From: Candidatus Hydrogenedentales bacterium
GTDB taxonomy: Bacteria > Hydrogenedentota > Hydrogenedentia > Hydrogenedentales > SLHB01
Assembly: GCA_041859475.1 (NCBI GenBank)
Contig: JBHEKO010000113.1
Span: forward strand, 11,212-75,211
Length of the DNA: 64,000 nucleotides
Direction of reading: 5' to 3'
Below the pieces are notes generated by a model that was not told the DNA's origin, ran no database searches, and saw only the letters and a list, made by a program, of their open reading frames with translations. Shown one piece after another: positions 27,469 through 38,173 of this stretch (positions within the stretch are counted from its first letter, which is position 1; every line of letters begins with the position of its first letter). Made by a program: the position numbers and the translations under genes.

Positions 27469-28643
27469 GATGCCCCCCGTTGATCGACGTTTCGCACAGA
27501 CGCCGTCGGCTGACGCGCAAGAGCCTGCTCGTAGGTCGTGAGCAACGCTTCAGCATGACGGTCCCATGTAAAACGTGCAGCGTGTCGAAGTCCTCGCGCG
27601 ATCAAATCTGTCCGAAACTTGGGCTGCGAGAGAAGATTGTCTAACATCTTTGCCCAGGCCGATATATCGTCAGGCTCCAGCAGCATCGCGGCATTCCCGC
27701 ATATCTCTCGCAAAGCTCCGCATGACGAAACCAACGTCGGCGTGCCACACGCCATCGCTTCGAGGGGGGGGAAACCAAAGCCTTCATTCAACGACGGATA
27801 TAACACGGCAACCGCCCGCTGATAGAGGGCCAAAAGGGTGTCGTCATCAATATAGCCGGTTCGTATGACGGCTCGTTCAAGGTTGAGCCGCTGGATGAGG
27901 CGTTGCAGGTGCGCAACATCGTTACCCTGCGCGCCCGCGAGAACGAGCAGTAGATCAGGATAGCCGTTCGCGCGCAAACGCGCGAGGGCCTCTATCGCCA
28001 GGCCTAGGTTTTTCTTTTTTTCCATGCGCCCAACGCAGAGTACGTAGCGAGCGGAATTCGGTAGTCCAAGATCCCCAAAACCTGAAGGAACCGATTCGGA
28101 AGCTAGGGGGCAAAATCCTGAGGAAACACCCAACGGGATAACGTGAATGCGTGATGGCTCGATGTTGACGAAGGCAAGCAAGCGTTCTCTTACATAACGG
28201 CATGGTACGACAACTCGAGCGGAAGCGCGCACGCTGCGGCGCAGAGCCAAGCGATAATGCAGAAAATTGGAACGAGTCGTAAGGGTCGGGGTGTCGAGCG
28301 CAATGGTATCGTAAACGGTCAATACCGTGGGCGACCCAAGGTTGGGAGAAGCAACGTACCCGGTAGCGTGATAGACGTCCGGCAACTGGCGGCGCATGCT
28401 CATAGGAAGCGCCATCTGCTGCCAGACAATTCGCCCTAGCCGCCCTGCGCCTGCCAAAGACGAAACCGCCACTTCCTGTTCCGCCGCGCCCTCAGGTAGC
28501 GTGGCGAGGCACGATGCGTTGGTATAAATAGTCATACATTTCGGCGGAAGGCGACGCAACAAGGCCGCCAACATCTCGCGGACGGCAACTCCGACACCGG
28601 TCGGTGCTGTGCCCGTCAACATATACTCAAAACCAATTCTCAT
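27465..28643 (-). CDS. Glycosyltransferase family 1
   Basis: 392 aa. NEGFGFPPLEAMACGTPTLVSSCGALREICGNAAMLLEPDD. Confidence 0.6.
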   Translation of the reverse strand: MRIGFEYMLTGTAPTGVGVAVREMLAALLRRLPPKCMTIYTNASCLATLPEGAAEQEVAVSSLAGAGRLGRIVWQQMALPMSMRRQLPDVYHATGYVASPNLGSPTVLTVYDTIALDTPTLTTRSNFLHYRLALRRSVRASARVVVPCRYVRERLLAFVNIEPSRIHVIPLGVSSGFCPLASESVPSGFGDLGLPNSARYVLCVGRMEKKKNLGLAIEALARLRANGYPDLLLVLAGAQGNDVAHLQRLIQRLNLERAVIRTGYIDDDTLLALYQRAVAVLYPSLNEGFGFPPLEAMACGTPTLVSSCGALREICGNAAMLLEPDDISAWAKMLDNLLSQPKFRTDLIARGLRHAARFTWDRHAEALLTTYEQALARQPTASVRNVDQRGAS

Positions 28644-29818
28644 GACAGCAGTTCTCGGTAAAGCTGGAGCACTTCCTCCGCGTGCCGCTCCGGAGTGAAC
28701 CGTTCGCTAGCAGTCGCGCCCGATGCCGTAAGACTCCGCATGAGCGCCTGGTCAGAAAGAAGCCGCGCCAAGGTCCTGGCCAGACTGTCAACATCACCTG
28801 CGCGAAAACACAGACCTGTATCCTTATGCGCAACAAGCTCCGCCGGTCCGCCTATATCCGAGACTACTACCGGCAAGCCCATTCGCCACGCTTCAACGAT
28901 TACCCGCCCAAACGGCTCATTATCCGATGGTAAAACTAGCACATCGGCGCAAGCGTAAAGTGCATCCATATCGTCATGTTGCCCAAGAAACCAGACTTTT
29001 CCCCTCAACCTCGATTCCGAGGCAAACCTTTCAAGCTTGCTCAGATATGCCTTAGCACATCCCCACCAATCGCAGCCAGCAAGAAGAACGCGAATATCGT
29101 ATCCCTGTTCGACAAGTCGCGATGCCGCACCAAGCAGCAAGTCATGCCTTTTCCAGGGCACTATCTGGGCAGCCATCAAGAGGACAAGGCTGTTTCCCGG
29201 GATGCCAAGTCTACTTCGCGTCTCCTCTCGAAGTATCGGTCTCTTGCCTGGCACCGGACGAAACGCCACGCCATTTGGAATGACCCGCACTTTACCAGCG
29301 CAAAAAGGCGACTGCCGCAACAACGCCTGCGCAACGAATCTAGACGGCGCGACAATCGCAGACGCGGCGGATGCCAAGCCACCTTCCAGAAATCGACGCC
29401 GCGGGAAGTCACGCATATGCCAAACACAAGGAACTCCACGCCCTATCGCCGCCACGGGCACAAACAAAAAGCCTTTCCAACCATTCCCGTGCAATATTGG
29501 ATCGCTATCTTGCGCAATACTCCTGCGTAATCGATACGTACTGCGACACAGCGCAGCAATATCGCTGCCGCGCGCCCAAGAGTTTGACTTGCCCTCGGGT
29601 TTCATAGTCGGCAAAAGCGTCACGGGAACACCGCATGCTTCTGTCTGACGTGATAGCGCACCATCTACTGGGCACGCCAAACGTACTTGCGCCCCCCCAC
29701 TAGCGCGCAATGCACACGCCAACTCCAACAGACTCCTTTCCGCCCCGCCCAGGTTACCAGTGTGCGAGACCAACGTTACCGTTGGAAAATAGCTAAAACC
29801 TTTTGTATGCATGCTCAT
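28640..29818 (-). CDS. Glycosyltransferase family 1
   Basis: 392 aa. NEPFGRVIVEAWRMGLPVVVSDIGGPAELVAHKDTGLCFRAGD. Confidence 0.65.
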   Translation of the reverse strand: MSMHTKGFSYFPTVTLVSHTGNLGGAERSLLELACALRASGGAQVRLACPVDGALSRQTEACGVPVTLLPTMKPEGKSNSWARGSDIAALCRSTYRLRRSIAQDSDPILHGNGWKGFLFVPVAAIGRGVPCVWHMRDFPRRRFLEGGLASAASAIVAPSRFVAQALLRQSPFCAGKVRVIPNGVAFRPVPGKRPILREETRSRLGIPGNSLVLLMAAQIVPWKRHDLLLGAASRLVEQGYDIRVLLAGCDWWGCAKAYLSKLERFASESRLRGKVWFLGQHDDMDALYACADVLVLPSDNEPFGRVIVEAWRMGLPVVVSDIGGPAELVAHKDTGLCFRAGDVDSLARTLARLLSDQALMRSLTASGATASERFTPERHAEEVLQLYRELLS

Positions 29819-30885
29819 TGGGGCAGTTGCGGCTCAATGACTGTCGCATACAACGCAACAGCCCCGATACGCGCGTTCTTGCTGTCAAAGACATCTACAC
29901 GGGTATTCACTGGACCCAGCGCTTTTGCGTCGGACTTCAGCGTCGCCATCAATGTCCACGTCCCTTCAGCCGGCCCAGCTGCAATTCTCGCCATAATGCG
30001 CGGATCGTCACATTTAGCTGAGACTGGCACCATCTCAGGATTGCTACCCTTACTCAACTTAACTGACTTCTCCTTACTCGCGCCCGCTTGAACTATTCCC
30101 AAGAGTATGGCCTTGGGCTCAGAAGAGAGAGAGCCAGCCGTTCGAGCGGAAATACGTGTTTCAAGTATAGGTGATTGATTTGAGGAGGTCGTGAATACGA
30201 TTGAGGATTCCAGCACCTCTGACGGAAGTTTTGAGTCTAGTACGACTTGATATCGCGTCATTATAATGTCCGCGCCTCTTTGTTCATCGAGTTGGCGCAC
30301 CATAAAGCCCGCCGATGTGGGGGCCACAGACAGAATCTCCGGAAACATGCCGTCCCAAAAACGTTCTAGCGTAATTTCTCCGCTTGGCGTTTCGCCATCT
30401 GCAACTACCCCAAAATCAAGAAAACTCGGTTTCACTTCCACCTGGTTTATAAGCCGGGTTTTGAGCGATAAAGTCACCGTCGGAGTCGCCGGATCATTCG
30501 TCGTCAGTTCCGCAGTAAAAACCTGTTCTCCATGCTTCTCTTTCCCCTTCAAGGGAACGTAGCCTAGCTTCACCACACTCATCTGCCCAGGCAGGATCGG
30601 TGCGATTTCTGATTCAAAAGCCACACAACCGCAGCTTCTTTTTGCGAACTTCGCTTCAAGCGGCGCCTTTCCGATATTCTCGACTTCAAAAGGGACAAAA
30701 AAACTCTGCGAAACAAAGCGATACGGAATCTCAATTGTATTCGCCTTAACATGAATCGTGGGTACAGGAGAACCCGAAGGAGAAGGCGTCGCGCCGCTGG
30801 AGGATATCTCCGCACAATACCCCCTATACACGACGCCAAGCCCACACAGAATCGCTATGGCGCAAAGACGGGAATTCTTTCTCAT
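29815..30885 (-). CDS. DUF1573-like secreted protein
   Basis: Signal peptide MRKNSRLCAIAILCGLGVVY. FEVENIGKAPLEAKFAKRSCGCVAFE. Confidence 0.5.
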   Translation of the reverse strand: MRKNSRLCAIAILCGLGVVYRGYCAEISSSGATPSPSGSPVPTIHVKANTIEIPYRFVSQSFFVPFEVENIGKAPLEAKFAKRSCGCVAFESEIAPILPGQMSVVKLGYVPLKGKEKHGEQVFTAELTTNDPATPTVTLSLKTRLINQVEVKPSFLDFGVVADGETPSGEITLERFWDGMFPEILSVAPTSAGFMVRQLDEQRGADIIMTRYQVVLDSKLPSEVLESSIVFTTSSNQSPILETRISARTAGSLSSEPKAILLGIVQAGASKEKSVKLSKGSNPEMVPVSAKCDDPRIMARIAAGPAEGTWTLMATLKSDAKALGPVNTRVDVFDSKNARIGAVALYATVIEPQLPQ

Positions 30886-31289
30886 TTTATTTCCCTCATT
30901 AAGCGCGTGTTTTCTATCTCATCTCGTCCTAGATAAACTGTGCGCAACGTACTTGCCTCCAAAACTATTTCCTACGCTCCCACCCTCAGCACTTCACCAG
31001 CGCAAAGGAGTCCAAGTTGAACTCGACCAGGCGCCAATAGTACATAGTACTTTCCCTTGAGAAGCATATTGATCCGCCGCAATGTATACCGCTCTGGCGA
31101 GCCAAGCGATTGCATTCCCGCTTTCCAAACCTATTCTACAGCGTCAGTTCCCTCCCTGAAAATCCGAACGCAAGAAGGAATGTCTAAATGCAGTCATACC
31201 ACTACTTCCCCTCATCCTAGAGTTGTCATTTCTCGTCGGCCAATTAAGTTCAACGACGTCAAATAAATCTTGCGTACTCGCAAGCGTCG

Positions 31290-33587
31290 TTACGGTTTTC
31301 TTTTTTCCTCACTCAAGCCAAGTCGTTTTTCGTTTATACGCTCATTTACCTCTTTCCCGGCGGTTGATATCGTCGGAGGATTTTCGCAAGTAGGTCCAGA
31401 AATGACGGGGCGCAGGACTAGGATAATTTCTTGCTCGGTATTTGTCTTCTCGTTATTCTTGAAAAGATTGCCCAACAGCGGCATCTTTCGCAAGCCGGGC
31501 ACGCCTTGTTCTGCTTCTTTTCGAGTGCGTTGTCGTAAGCCACCAAGAATCACTGTGCCGCTATCGCGAACGCTTACAGAAGATTCCGCGGTGGAACGGT
31601 CCACAACGGGCACGCCGCTACGAATTTCTACAAGACTGCTCTGTTCGAGCTGAACTTGAAGATTGATGAGGCCTTCCGAATTGATAACGGGCTTTACTCT
31701 AAGTGTCGTGCCGATATTTAAGAAACGAACGTCTTGCAGTGTCGTGTTGGTGTCGCCATTTACGGTAACGACGGTGTAAGGTTCATCGCGGGTGCTGCTA
31801 AAGCTCGCTTCCTTACCGTCGCGCGCGAGAATGCGCGGACTCGCGATGATATGCGTGTCATTGTCCGTGGTAAGCGCCTGAATCAGGGCGTTGTAGTCGG
31901 CTCTATCCAAATTTCCGATGGACAAGTGCGCTTGGTTGTCTGTATCGCCCACGACTGGGGGAAACGTGATTGCTGCGGAGCCACGCGTATAGGTTCCGGC
32001 ATCGTCGACTTTGTCCAGCACAGCTTGCCATCTAATACCGAGCTGGCGAATCAACGTTGCGTTCACGGATAGAATCTCCGCTTCGATATGCACCTGGCGT
32101 ACGGTTTCGTCCCATTGGCGCAATAGCCCGAGAATTTCCTCGGCTTGTTTGGTGCTTGAGCGAAATGTGACTTTGCGCCCAGCGGCGTCGACGTTAACAT
32201 AGGCGTTGTCTCTGGGCAGCAAGTCCTGTAGCTTGGTTTCAACTTCCAGTTCAGTGGGATCAGCATTCTGAAATTGGAACACGTGTAAGTCGCTTGGGAC
32301 ATCCACGCTTGCGACGATCTGGGCCAAACGGTCTAGTATCGAGGTAGTATGCGTCACAATAACCGAGTTCGTTCGCGGGTCTGAAACAACCGTTGCTAGC
32401 GGTCCCAGCGCCGTCTCTTGGCCGTTCACTCCCGTTGTGCTCGTCGTCATCACGGCAGGCGTCGGAAGAGTGGGCGTCGCAGGCGAAGCGATCCCGCTAC
32501 GTCCTATTCCCGCATCGGTTACGGGCGCTTCCCCGGAGGCAGTGGTGGCTGTAGCGCCCGTCCCTTTTCCGATAATTTTCGGCGCACTGGGGGCTTGGCG
32601 TTCAGCGCCGGCAGAAGCGTCCGTTATTGGTTGGGACGTGGCTGTGCGAGCACCCTCAAATGAGGATGTCGCAGTTCTTGTGATGTTCGATATCTTGCTT
32701 GTTCGCTGTTCGTTGCTAATGGAGGATTGTGAAGTTTTCGAGCCTGTCAATACTTCGCGCAGAATCTGGGCCACATTGTCGGCCTGAGCATAGCACAGGG
32801 CGAAAACCCGAGTCTGCATTCGATCTGGCTGATCAAGCTGCCGAATCAGTTCCTCGATCTTAGAGAGATTGGAGTCTGTCTCTGTAATCATAAGTTGATT
32901 GGTGCGCAAATCCGCTTGGACGGCTGTCGGCGTACTCGCATAACTTTGAATTAGCGAAAGTAAATCACTAGCTGAAGCGCATTGCAACGGGAAAACGCGC
33001 GTCGCGCGCGGCTGGTCTAATTGCACGATTAAGTCCATCGCATCTTTGAGTTTTTCAGACTGCTCTGCGATAAGGACGGCGTTCGTATGCACATATGGAA
33101 TGACGACTGCGTCTTTGCTCAGTAAACTCTTATTACTCAGCGTTTGCGCCACCTCACTTGCTTTGGCGTATTTTAACACCACTACGCGACGCTCACGGCC
33201 CATTTGAAAGTCTTGCACATATTCGTCATGTGTCAATACCCACACGACGTTGCCGTTCTTGACGTAATCCAACCCATTGACTTTGCAGGTCTCCGCCAAC
33301 GCTTGGTCCGGGTCCATGTCGCGGATAAATGCATTCAGTTTACCAGCAACCTTTGAACTAAGGATCACGCTGTAGCCCGTGGCTTCTGAAAGCATACTCA
33401 TCGCTTCCGCCGCATCCGTGCCGCTGATCGTGAGCGTAATCGAAGGCTTCACCACATTCGCCAAATCTTCCGCAGGTGCTCCGGCGGAAGTAATTGGTTC
33501 GCTCGTTTGTGACCATGCGCAGACAGAAAGCGACGCGACGCACGCCATGAGCATTATCGAGACCCAGCAGGTTTTCCCATGCTTCAT
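31290..33587 (-). CDS. gspD: Secretin (GspD/PilQ family) outer-membrane channel
   Basis: 765 aa. Signal peptide. The C-terminal secretin domain is VNGDTNTTLQDVRFLNIGTTLRVKPVI...VILGGLRQRTRKEAEQGVPGLRKMPLLGNLFKNNEKTNTEQEIILVLRPVI. Confidence 0.75.
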   Translation of the reverse strand: MKHGKTCWVSIMLMACVASLSVCAWSQTSEPITSAGAPAEDLANVVKPSITLTISGTDAAEAMSMLSEATGYSVILSSKVAGKLNAFIRDMDPDQALAETCKVNGLDYVKNGNVVWVLTHDEYVQDFQMGRERRVVVLKYAKASEVAQTLSNKSLLSKDAVVIPYVHTNAVLIAEQSEKLKDAMDLIVQLDQPRATRVFPLQCASASDLLSLIQSYASTPTAVQADLRTNQLMITETDSNLSKIEELIRQLDQPDRMQTRVFALCYAQADNVAQILREVLTGSKTSQSSISNEQRTSKISNITRTATSSFEGARTATSQPITDASAGAERQAPSAPKIIGKGTGATATTASGEAPVTDAGIGRSGIASPATPTLPTPAVMTTSTTGVNGQETALGPLATVVSDPRTNSVIVTHTTSILDRLAQIVASVDVPSDLHVFQFQNADPTELEVETKLQDLLPRDNAYVNVDAAGRKVTFRSSTKQAEEILGLLRQWDETVRQVHIEAEILSVNATLIRQLGIRWQAVLDKVDDAGTYTRGSAAITFPPVVGDTDNQAHLSIGNLDRADYNALIQALTTDNDTHIIASPRILARDGKEASFSSTRDEPYTVVTVNGDTNTTLQDVRFLNIGTTLRVKPVINSEGLINLQVQLEQSSLVEIRSGVPVVDRSTAESSVSVRDSGTVILGGLRQRTRKEAEQGVPGLRKMPLLGNLFKNNEKTNTEQEIILVLRPVISGPTCENPPTISTAGKEVNERINEKRLGLSEEKRKP

Positions 33588-33596
33588 CCTTCTGCC

Positions 33597-34061
33597 TCAC
33601 CTTCTCTTTAAAAAATACTCGTCGCTTCCTTTTTGCAGTCGAATGCCGTCTTTTTCGACGGATACGACTAGAAAAACGCCCAACGTCTCGCCAGTGCCAA
33701 CGGAAAAAGCGCGATTCAATTTCATGTCTTTTATGAAGGCGCGCAACTGTCCGTTTCGCGAGGATATCCCCATCAGTTGATAGCGCCCAGCCTCATTGAC
33801 CACTTTTCCCTCTGCGGAGTGATAGGTTCGAAAAATCGCTTTGCCTGTGGTAGCCGAAGAAACCTGTTCCATTGAAAGAGTCTCGAGGCGTTCCAGCGAC
33901 GTCACATCTTGCGCAATCTCCTGTGCGGCCTCGGCGCGGTTGGGTACCCAAGTTTTCTGCGTTAGCGTCAAGATGGAAAACCCCACGCTCAATAAGGTGT
34001 TCACAATGAGCACCCCGAGCAATAGTTTTTTTAGTCTTAGCTCCAAACGCCTAATACCCAC
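33597..34061 (-). CDS. PilP/GspC-like inner-membrane-anchored secretin-interacting protein
   Basis: 154 aa. N-terminal TM. Position between the PilO-like gene and the secretin. Confidence 0.35.
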   Translation of the reverse strand: MGIRRLELRLKKLLLGVLIVNTLLSVGFSILTLTQKTWVPNRAEAAQEIAQDVTSLERLETLSMEQVSSATTGKAIFRTYHSAEGKVVNEAGRYQLMGISSRNGQLRAFIKDMKLNRAFSVGTGETLGVFLVVSVEKDGIRLQKGSDEYFLKRR

Positions 34062-34608
34062 TCGTCTTCTCCGCGCGGATCTGGTATATCTTGGTTACAG
34101 ACACCGTGACGGAAATTGGCGGAGCCGTGCGGTTCGCTAACAACGACAGCGTCTCCGCATTCAAAAGGTGCTCGGAGCTTTGCAGCGCTTGCAAGAACTT
34201 AATCACGCTGTGGGCTTCACCGCGCGCACTTACTTCCACGCCGATACGCTCAAATCGGCCTTCCGTCTTTTTCGCCAATGGACGCACATTGGCAATATCG
34301 AGTCCCGCACTACGCGCCAAGCCGTCGACCTCCGAAAATAGCACAAGCATCGGGTCTTCAGTCGCCGGTCGTTCCTTAATCGCCTGTTGTACTTTGGCGT
34401 ATTCTCGTTCAATCGTCTCTCGGTGCGCGGCGAGAGTTTTCAGCTCCACCAGACGCAGCTCAAATTTGAGTGCAAGTTTATGCATCTCCGCCCAGTGCGA
34501 AATCAATGGTTCGCACACAACGATATATCCCAGCCCCAATGCCGCGACAATGAATGTCGTCGCCGCAATTCCACGCTCGCGCCGAGTCAAACGCCTCAGT
34601 TTAATCAT
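34051..34608 (-). CDS. PilO/GspM-like assembly protein
   Basis: 185 aa. N-terminal TM followed by a coiled-coil. Operon position. Confidence 0.4.
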   Translation of the reverse strand: MIKLRRLTRRERGIAATTFIVAALGLGYIVVCEPLISHWAEMHKLALKFELRLVELKTLAAHRETIEREYAKVQQAIKERPATEDPMLVLFSEVDGLARSAGLDIANVRPLAKKTEGRFERIGVEVSARGEAHSVIKFLQALQSSEHLLNAETLSLLANRTAPPISVTVSVTKIYQIRAEKTSGY

Positions 34609-36062
34609 TCACGCCCCGTCTTATCGGCAGCGGCCAGCCTGCATGTTACCTTAAACTCCACCAATTCGCCGTCGGCGTTTCTGGGCTTCGCGCATTGAAC
34701 TAATTCTGGTGCTTTGTACCGCTTCGATTTACGGATAACGTCGACAAATTGATATACCGCCGCGTATGACTTCGCTTCGCCGGACAATGTTATGATGCGG
34801 CGCGCATCATAGCGGAAGTTGTTGATGGCGATTTCCGGCGGGCTAATGTTGTACAGCTCCAAAATCGCTTGAAGAGGTAATGCAATTCCCGCACGCTCCG
34901 CCGAAAGCTTACGGAGTTGTTCTCGCTTCTCAGCCAAGTCGCTGACGGCGGCGCCGAATTGCGCAATTTCGTTCTGCGCCGTCTCCGCTCGCGTTCTCTC
35001 CAATGCAAACGAATAATACACCATGCCCACTAGCAACGCCGTTGTCCAAAGAAATGCCGCGCAAAGATGGATGAGCACGCGCGCAATCCGCCGCCGCAAG
35101 AGGCGTTTCTTTTCGCGCGTCGGCATGAGGTCGCAGATATTCTCGTCGTCGCTGGCCGCCAATGCGGCGCCAACGGCTATAAGCCCTGCGGCCGAGGTCG
35201 GCGCGGAACCGTTCAGGCCACTAATTCTCAATTCCGCCGCGCTGCGAAAAATGCGTTTGGAATCGCTCCACACGCCCGGTAAATCGTTCCGAAGAACATC
35301 ACCGATGTCGGAAAAAAGAAATATATCTACCTCGCCGCATTCCCCATCGCCTCGCCGCTTATCCAACGCCTCGGACTGGGCCAACATCCCCATCGCGTCA
35401 CCGTCCGGGGCGCTGCCGCGCGAAAATACGGGACGCCCCTCCGCGGAAACGCGGACGTACTCGTAATCATCGCCCGTAAGCGAAAGAAATGCCGTGGGCG
35501 TGGACCGATTAGCCTTCCGCGCTAAACGGCACAGCGACAAAGTTGATATTTCCACGGACGTAACGATGACACCCAGCGCCCGCAGCCGCTCGATATGACG
35601 CTGCACAGTATGCGCTTGAATCAGGACGACCAAAACCAGACTGTACCCGCGCTCGTCGTGTCCCGTCACTTCATAGCCGACGAGGCATTCTTCTATCGGC
35701 CACGGTGCGAGCGATGTGCATTCGTATCCGACCATCTGGGCAATTTGGGCGGGGATCGTTGTCGGAAGCGATATCCAGCGCAGAATCGCGTGTCGCCGCG
35801 GAAGGGACAGCGTGACGTTCGCCCCAGGACGGTAACCCCACTGCGACAGGGCGACTTTCTCCGCTCCCTCCTGCGCCGGGACGAACATTTCAGAAATCTT
35901 CAATATCCTTCGAGCATGGACAACACGGGCTAATCGATAGCCATCATCCCCAGTAGGCAGTACGCCAAACGCCAACGGATGCGAAAAGCCCCACGGCCGC
36001 CTACGTTTCACAGATTGTGGCGCAGCACTCTCGGGTTTGTCTAGAATTGCGTATCGCGCCAT
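34605..36062 (-). CDS. PilM-PilN fusion / GspL-like assembly protein
   Basis: 485 aa. N-terminal actin-like (PilM) region, an internal TM segment (VLIHLCAAFLWTTALLVGMVYY) and a periplasmic tail. Confidence 0.45.
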   Translation of the reverse strand: MARYAILDKPESAAPQSVKRRRPWGFSHPLAFGVLPTGDDGYRLARVVHARRILKISEMFVPAQEGAEKVALSQWGYRPGANVTLSLPRRHAILRWISLPTTIPAQIAQMVGYECTSLAPWPIEECLVGYEVTGHDERGYSLVLVVLIQAHTVQRHIERLRALGVIVTSVEISTLSLCRLARKANRSTPTAFLSLTGDDYEYVRVSAEGRPVFSRGSAPDGDAMGMLAQSEALDKRRGDGECGEVDIFLFSDIGDVLRNDLPGVWSDSKRIFRSAAELRISGLNGSAPTSAAGLIAVGAALAASDDENICDLMPTREKKRLLRRRIARVLIHLCAAFLWTTALLVGMVYYSFALERTRAETAQNEIAQFGAAVSDLAEKREQLRKLSAERAGIALPLQAILELYNISPPEIAINNFRYDARRIITLSGEAKSYAAVYQFVDVIRKSKRYKAPELVQCAKPRNADGELVEFKVTCRLAAADKTGRE

Positions 36063-37156
36063 TCAACAAGTTCCAACTCGCCGGACTCCCGAAAGACCAC
36101 TAGCTCACCTTCCGCTTGGGAGTTTGGATTCAATATCGTGACCTGCGTATAGAAACGAAACGCCGATGAGGTCAATCCCAACTCAATATCTGCTAATGCA
36201 AGCGATGTCAATTGGGCTTCAGACAGATACGTGGTCAGTTCGGTGATGTCGGCAAAAGGACGATCATCCTCGGTTCCGTCGAGTTTGTCTGCTCCGCGAC
36301 GACGCGCCAAAATTTCTCCGGCGATCGCGCGCGGGTCCCCCTCTCCCAAGTGGGCAACGCTTAATACCGTACTCAGAAGCGGTTCCGGCATAGTATTCAC
36401 GTTTAGCGCTCCATCTCCATACACCGTCAACATGTCGATTAGCCCCAACTGGAGACGCCCATCTTGGTTATCCACAGGAAGATAGATGTCGCCGTCGTCT
36501 TCGTTAGGGTCGAGCAGACCGTTGTGATTGGCGTCCTCGCCAAAAAACAGTTGAGACGTTACGCCCTCGACGAAAAGAAGCTCCTCAATCCGCTTAAGGC
36601 TCGCGTTCGCCGGAGAATACGCCGGCGTTTTGCGCGCATAAAAATCGCTCTCGTACGCCCCGGAATCGTCCGCGTCGCGCCAATCATTGATCGCCGTCGC
36701 GATTTCCGACGCGTTCGTCGATACCCCAGCCTCGAGTAACACCTCCGTCAGAATCGAAGGGGACGTCAGATTGATATTTAACTTGCCGCCCTCGTCTTGC
36801 GGGATCACGGACAACTCAAACGGATGCTTAAACCCTGGAAGCGTGCCTCCCGAGTCTAGCATAGTCGCGCTGGTAAATCTCAGACGTCGGCCCCATGGCT
36901 TCGCATAGCTTACCACCTCATTGTCCTCGTCCGAGCACAACCGTTCGAGCGCTAGGCGCGCCCCTGACGACAGCAATTCTCGCTCCTCCAACTCGACCTG
37001 AGCCCACAACTCGCGCCGTACGCTCAACTGCGACCGAGACATCAACGTCAGCGCCAAAAACGCCAAAAACGCTGTAATCCACAACGTCACCACAAGTACC
37101 GCGCCCTCGGTAGCGCGCCAACATTTCTGTTTTCTCACGGTGCTATACTCCCGCAC
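36041..37156 (-). CDS. gspK: Minor pseudopilin GspK-like
   Basis: 371 aa. N-terminal TM AVLVVTLWITAFLAFLALTL. Large periplasmic domain. It follows the J-like gene. Confidence 0.5.
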   Translation of the reverse strand: MREYSTVRKQKCWRATEGAVLVVTLWITAFLAFLALTLMSRSQLSVRRELWAQVELEERELLSSGARLALERLCSDEDNEVVSYAKPWGRRLRFTSATMLDSGGTLPGFKHPFELSVIPQDEGGKLNINLTSPSILTEVLLEAGVSTNASEIATAINDWRDADDSGAYESDFYARKTPAYSPANASLKRIEELLFVEGVTSQLFFGEDANHNGLLDPNEDDGDIYLPVDNQDGRLQLGLIDMLTVYGDGALNVNTMPEPLLSTVLSVAHLGEGDPRAIAGEILARRRGADKLDGTEDDRPFADITELTTYLSEAQLTSLALADIELGLTSSAFRFYTQVTILNPNSQAEGELVVFRESGELELVEWRDTQF

Positions 37157-37746
37157 GAAACAGGTAAAGTCCGCTGCATCTCAACGCCGTCCGCCAACGT
37201 CAACGAAACGATCACCGCCACCGGAAGCCCATCTTCATTCCACGTCTCAGCGATCTCGCCACTCTTACTTAGGTAATCAAAACGAAGCCCAGAAACCCTT
37301 GCCAACAACGGCGTTTCCGTTGACTGCCCCTCAAGAGCGCCCGTCGTCACAAACAGCGTTTCCCCACGCACAAGCTCCTCTACTCCGTCATCCGACGCGC
37401 GCAAGAAATAATTTGCCTGACTCCACACCGCCCCGCGACCGGCGCGTTGCTTTTCTCTGGATTCCAGCGTCGTAATTGCCAAGACCTCGCCCACAGCGTC
37501 CTCCGACTTCTCGACGAAGGCCGGCGTATTTTTGTCCATCTTTGCGGCGCACCGCACGTCCCGGGCCATGATGTCCAACGCCGCACCCCGCTCAGCCAAT
37601 GCCGCCTGATGTTTGCGTACGTTCTGCCACGTCTTTACACCCGCCCGAAGCCCCACGACAAGAATAGACATTAACATCGCAAATAACGCTATCGTCAGTA
37701 GCATTTCAACGAGGGTGAAACCCTTTTCGCTGCTACCCACCCACAT
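37135..37746 (-). CDS. gspJ: Pseudopilin GspJ-like (prepilin-type N-terminal cleavage/methylation domain)
   Basis: KGFTLVEMLLTIALFAMLMSIL. Confidence 0.5.
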   Translation of the reverse strand: MWVGSSEKGFTLVEMLLTIALFAMLMSILVVGLRAGVKTWQNVRKHQAALAERGAALDIMARDVRCAAKMDKNTPAFVEKSEDAVGEVLAITTLESREKQRAGRGAVWSQANYFLRASDDGVEELVRGETLFVTTGALEGQSTETPLLARVSGLRFDYLSKSGEIAETWNEDGLPVAVIVSLTLADGVEMQRTLPVSCGSIAP

Positions 37747-38173
37747 TTAGAATCGTCCGTAACGAATACGTCGGCCGTGTTTCGGAAGCGCCAGGTACGT
37801 GCTGGAAAACTGTAAGACACACAATAACAAATGGAGCTGTATCAGCAGGGGACTCGAATACGGCCTTCCAGGAATAATCTTCACAAGGAGCAGCAAAATC
37901 CCCGGTCATATCTTTTGTCTGCGAAGCCAAGGAGTGTTGCCGTAAAAACAAGAGCTGTCGTTCCGCGAGAAAACGCCCCGTCTCTCGCTCATTCAATGCG
38001 CTTTGCGACCGCGCGCAGCTGGACAGACTCCAAAGGAACGTTCCAAAGCCAGCGCCAATGATGGCCGTGGATACAAGAACTTCCATCAGAGCCACCCCGC
38101 GCGGCCTTGATGTACGAAGATTGCCCAGGCGCGTCAAGAAAGGACTATTACTCATCGCTACGTTTTTCCGCAT
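37733..38173 (-). CDS. gspI: Pseudopilin GspI-like
   Basis: RGVALMEVLVSTAIIGAGF, a prepilin-type N-terminal segment. Confidence 0.45.
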   Translation of the reverse strand: MRKNVAMSNSPFLTRLGNLRTSRPRGVALMEVLVSTAIIGAGFGTFLWSLSSCARSQSALNERETGRFLAERQLLFLRQHSLASQTKDMTGDFAAPCEDYSWKAVFESPADTAPFVIVCLTVFQHVPGASETRPTYSLRTILNVGG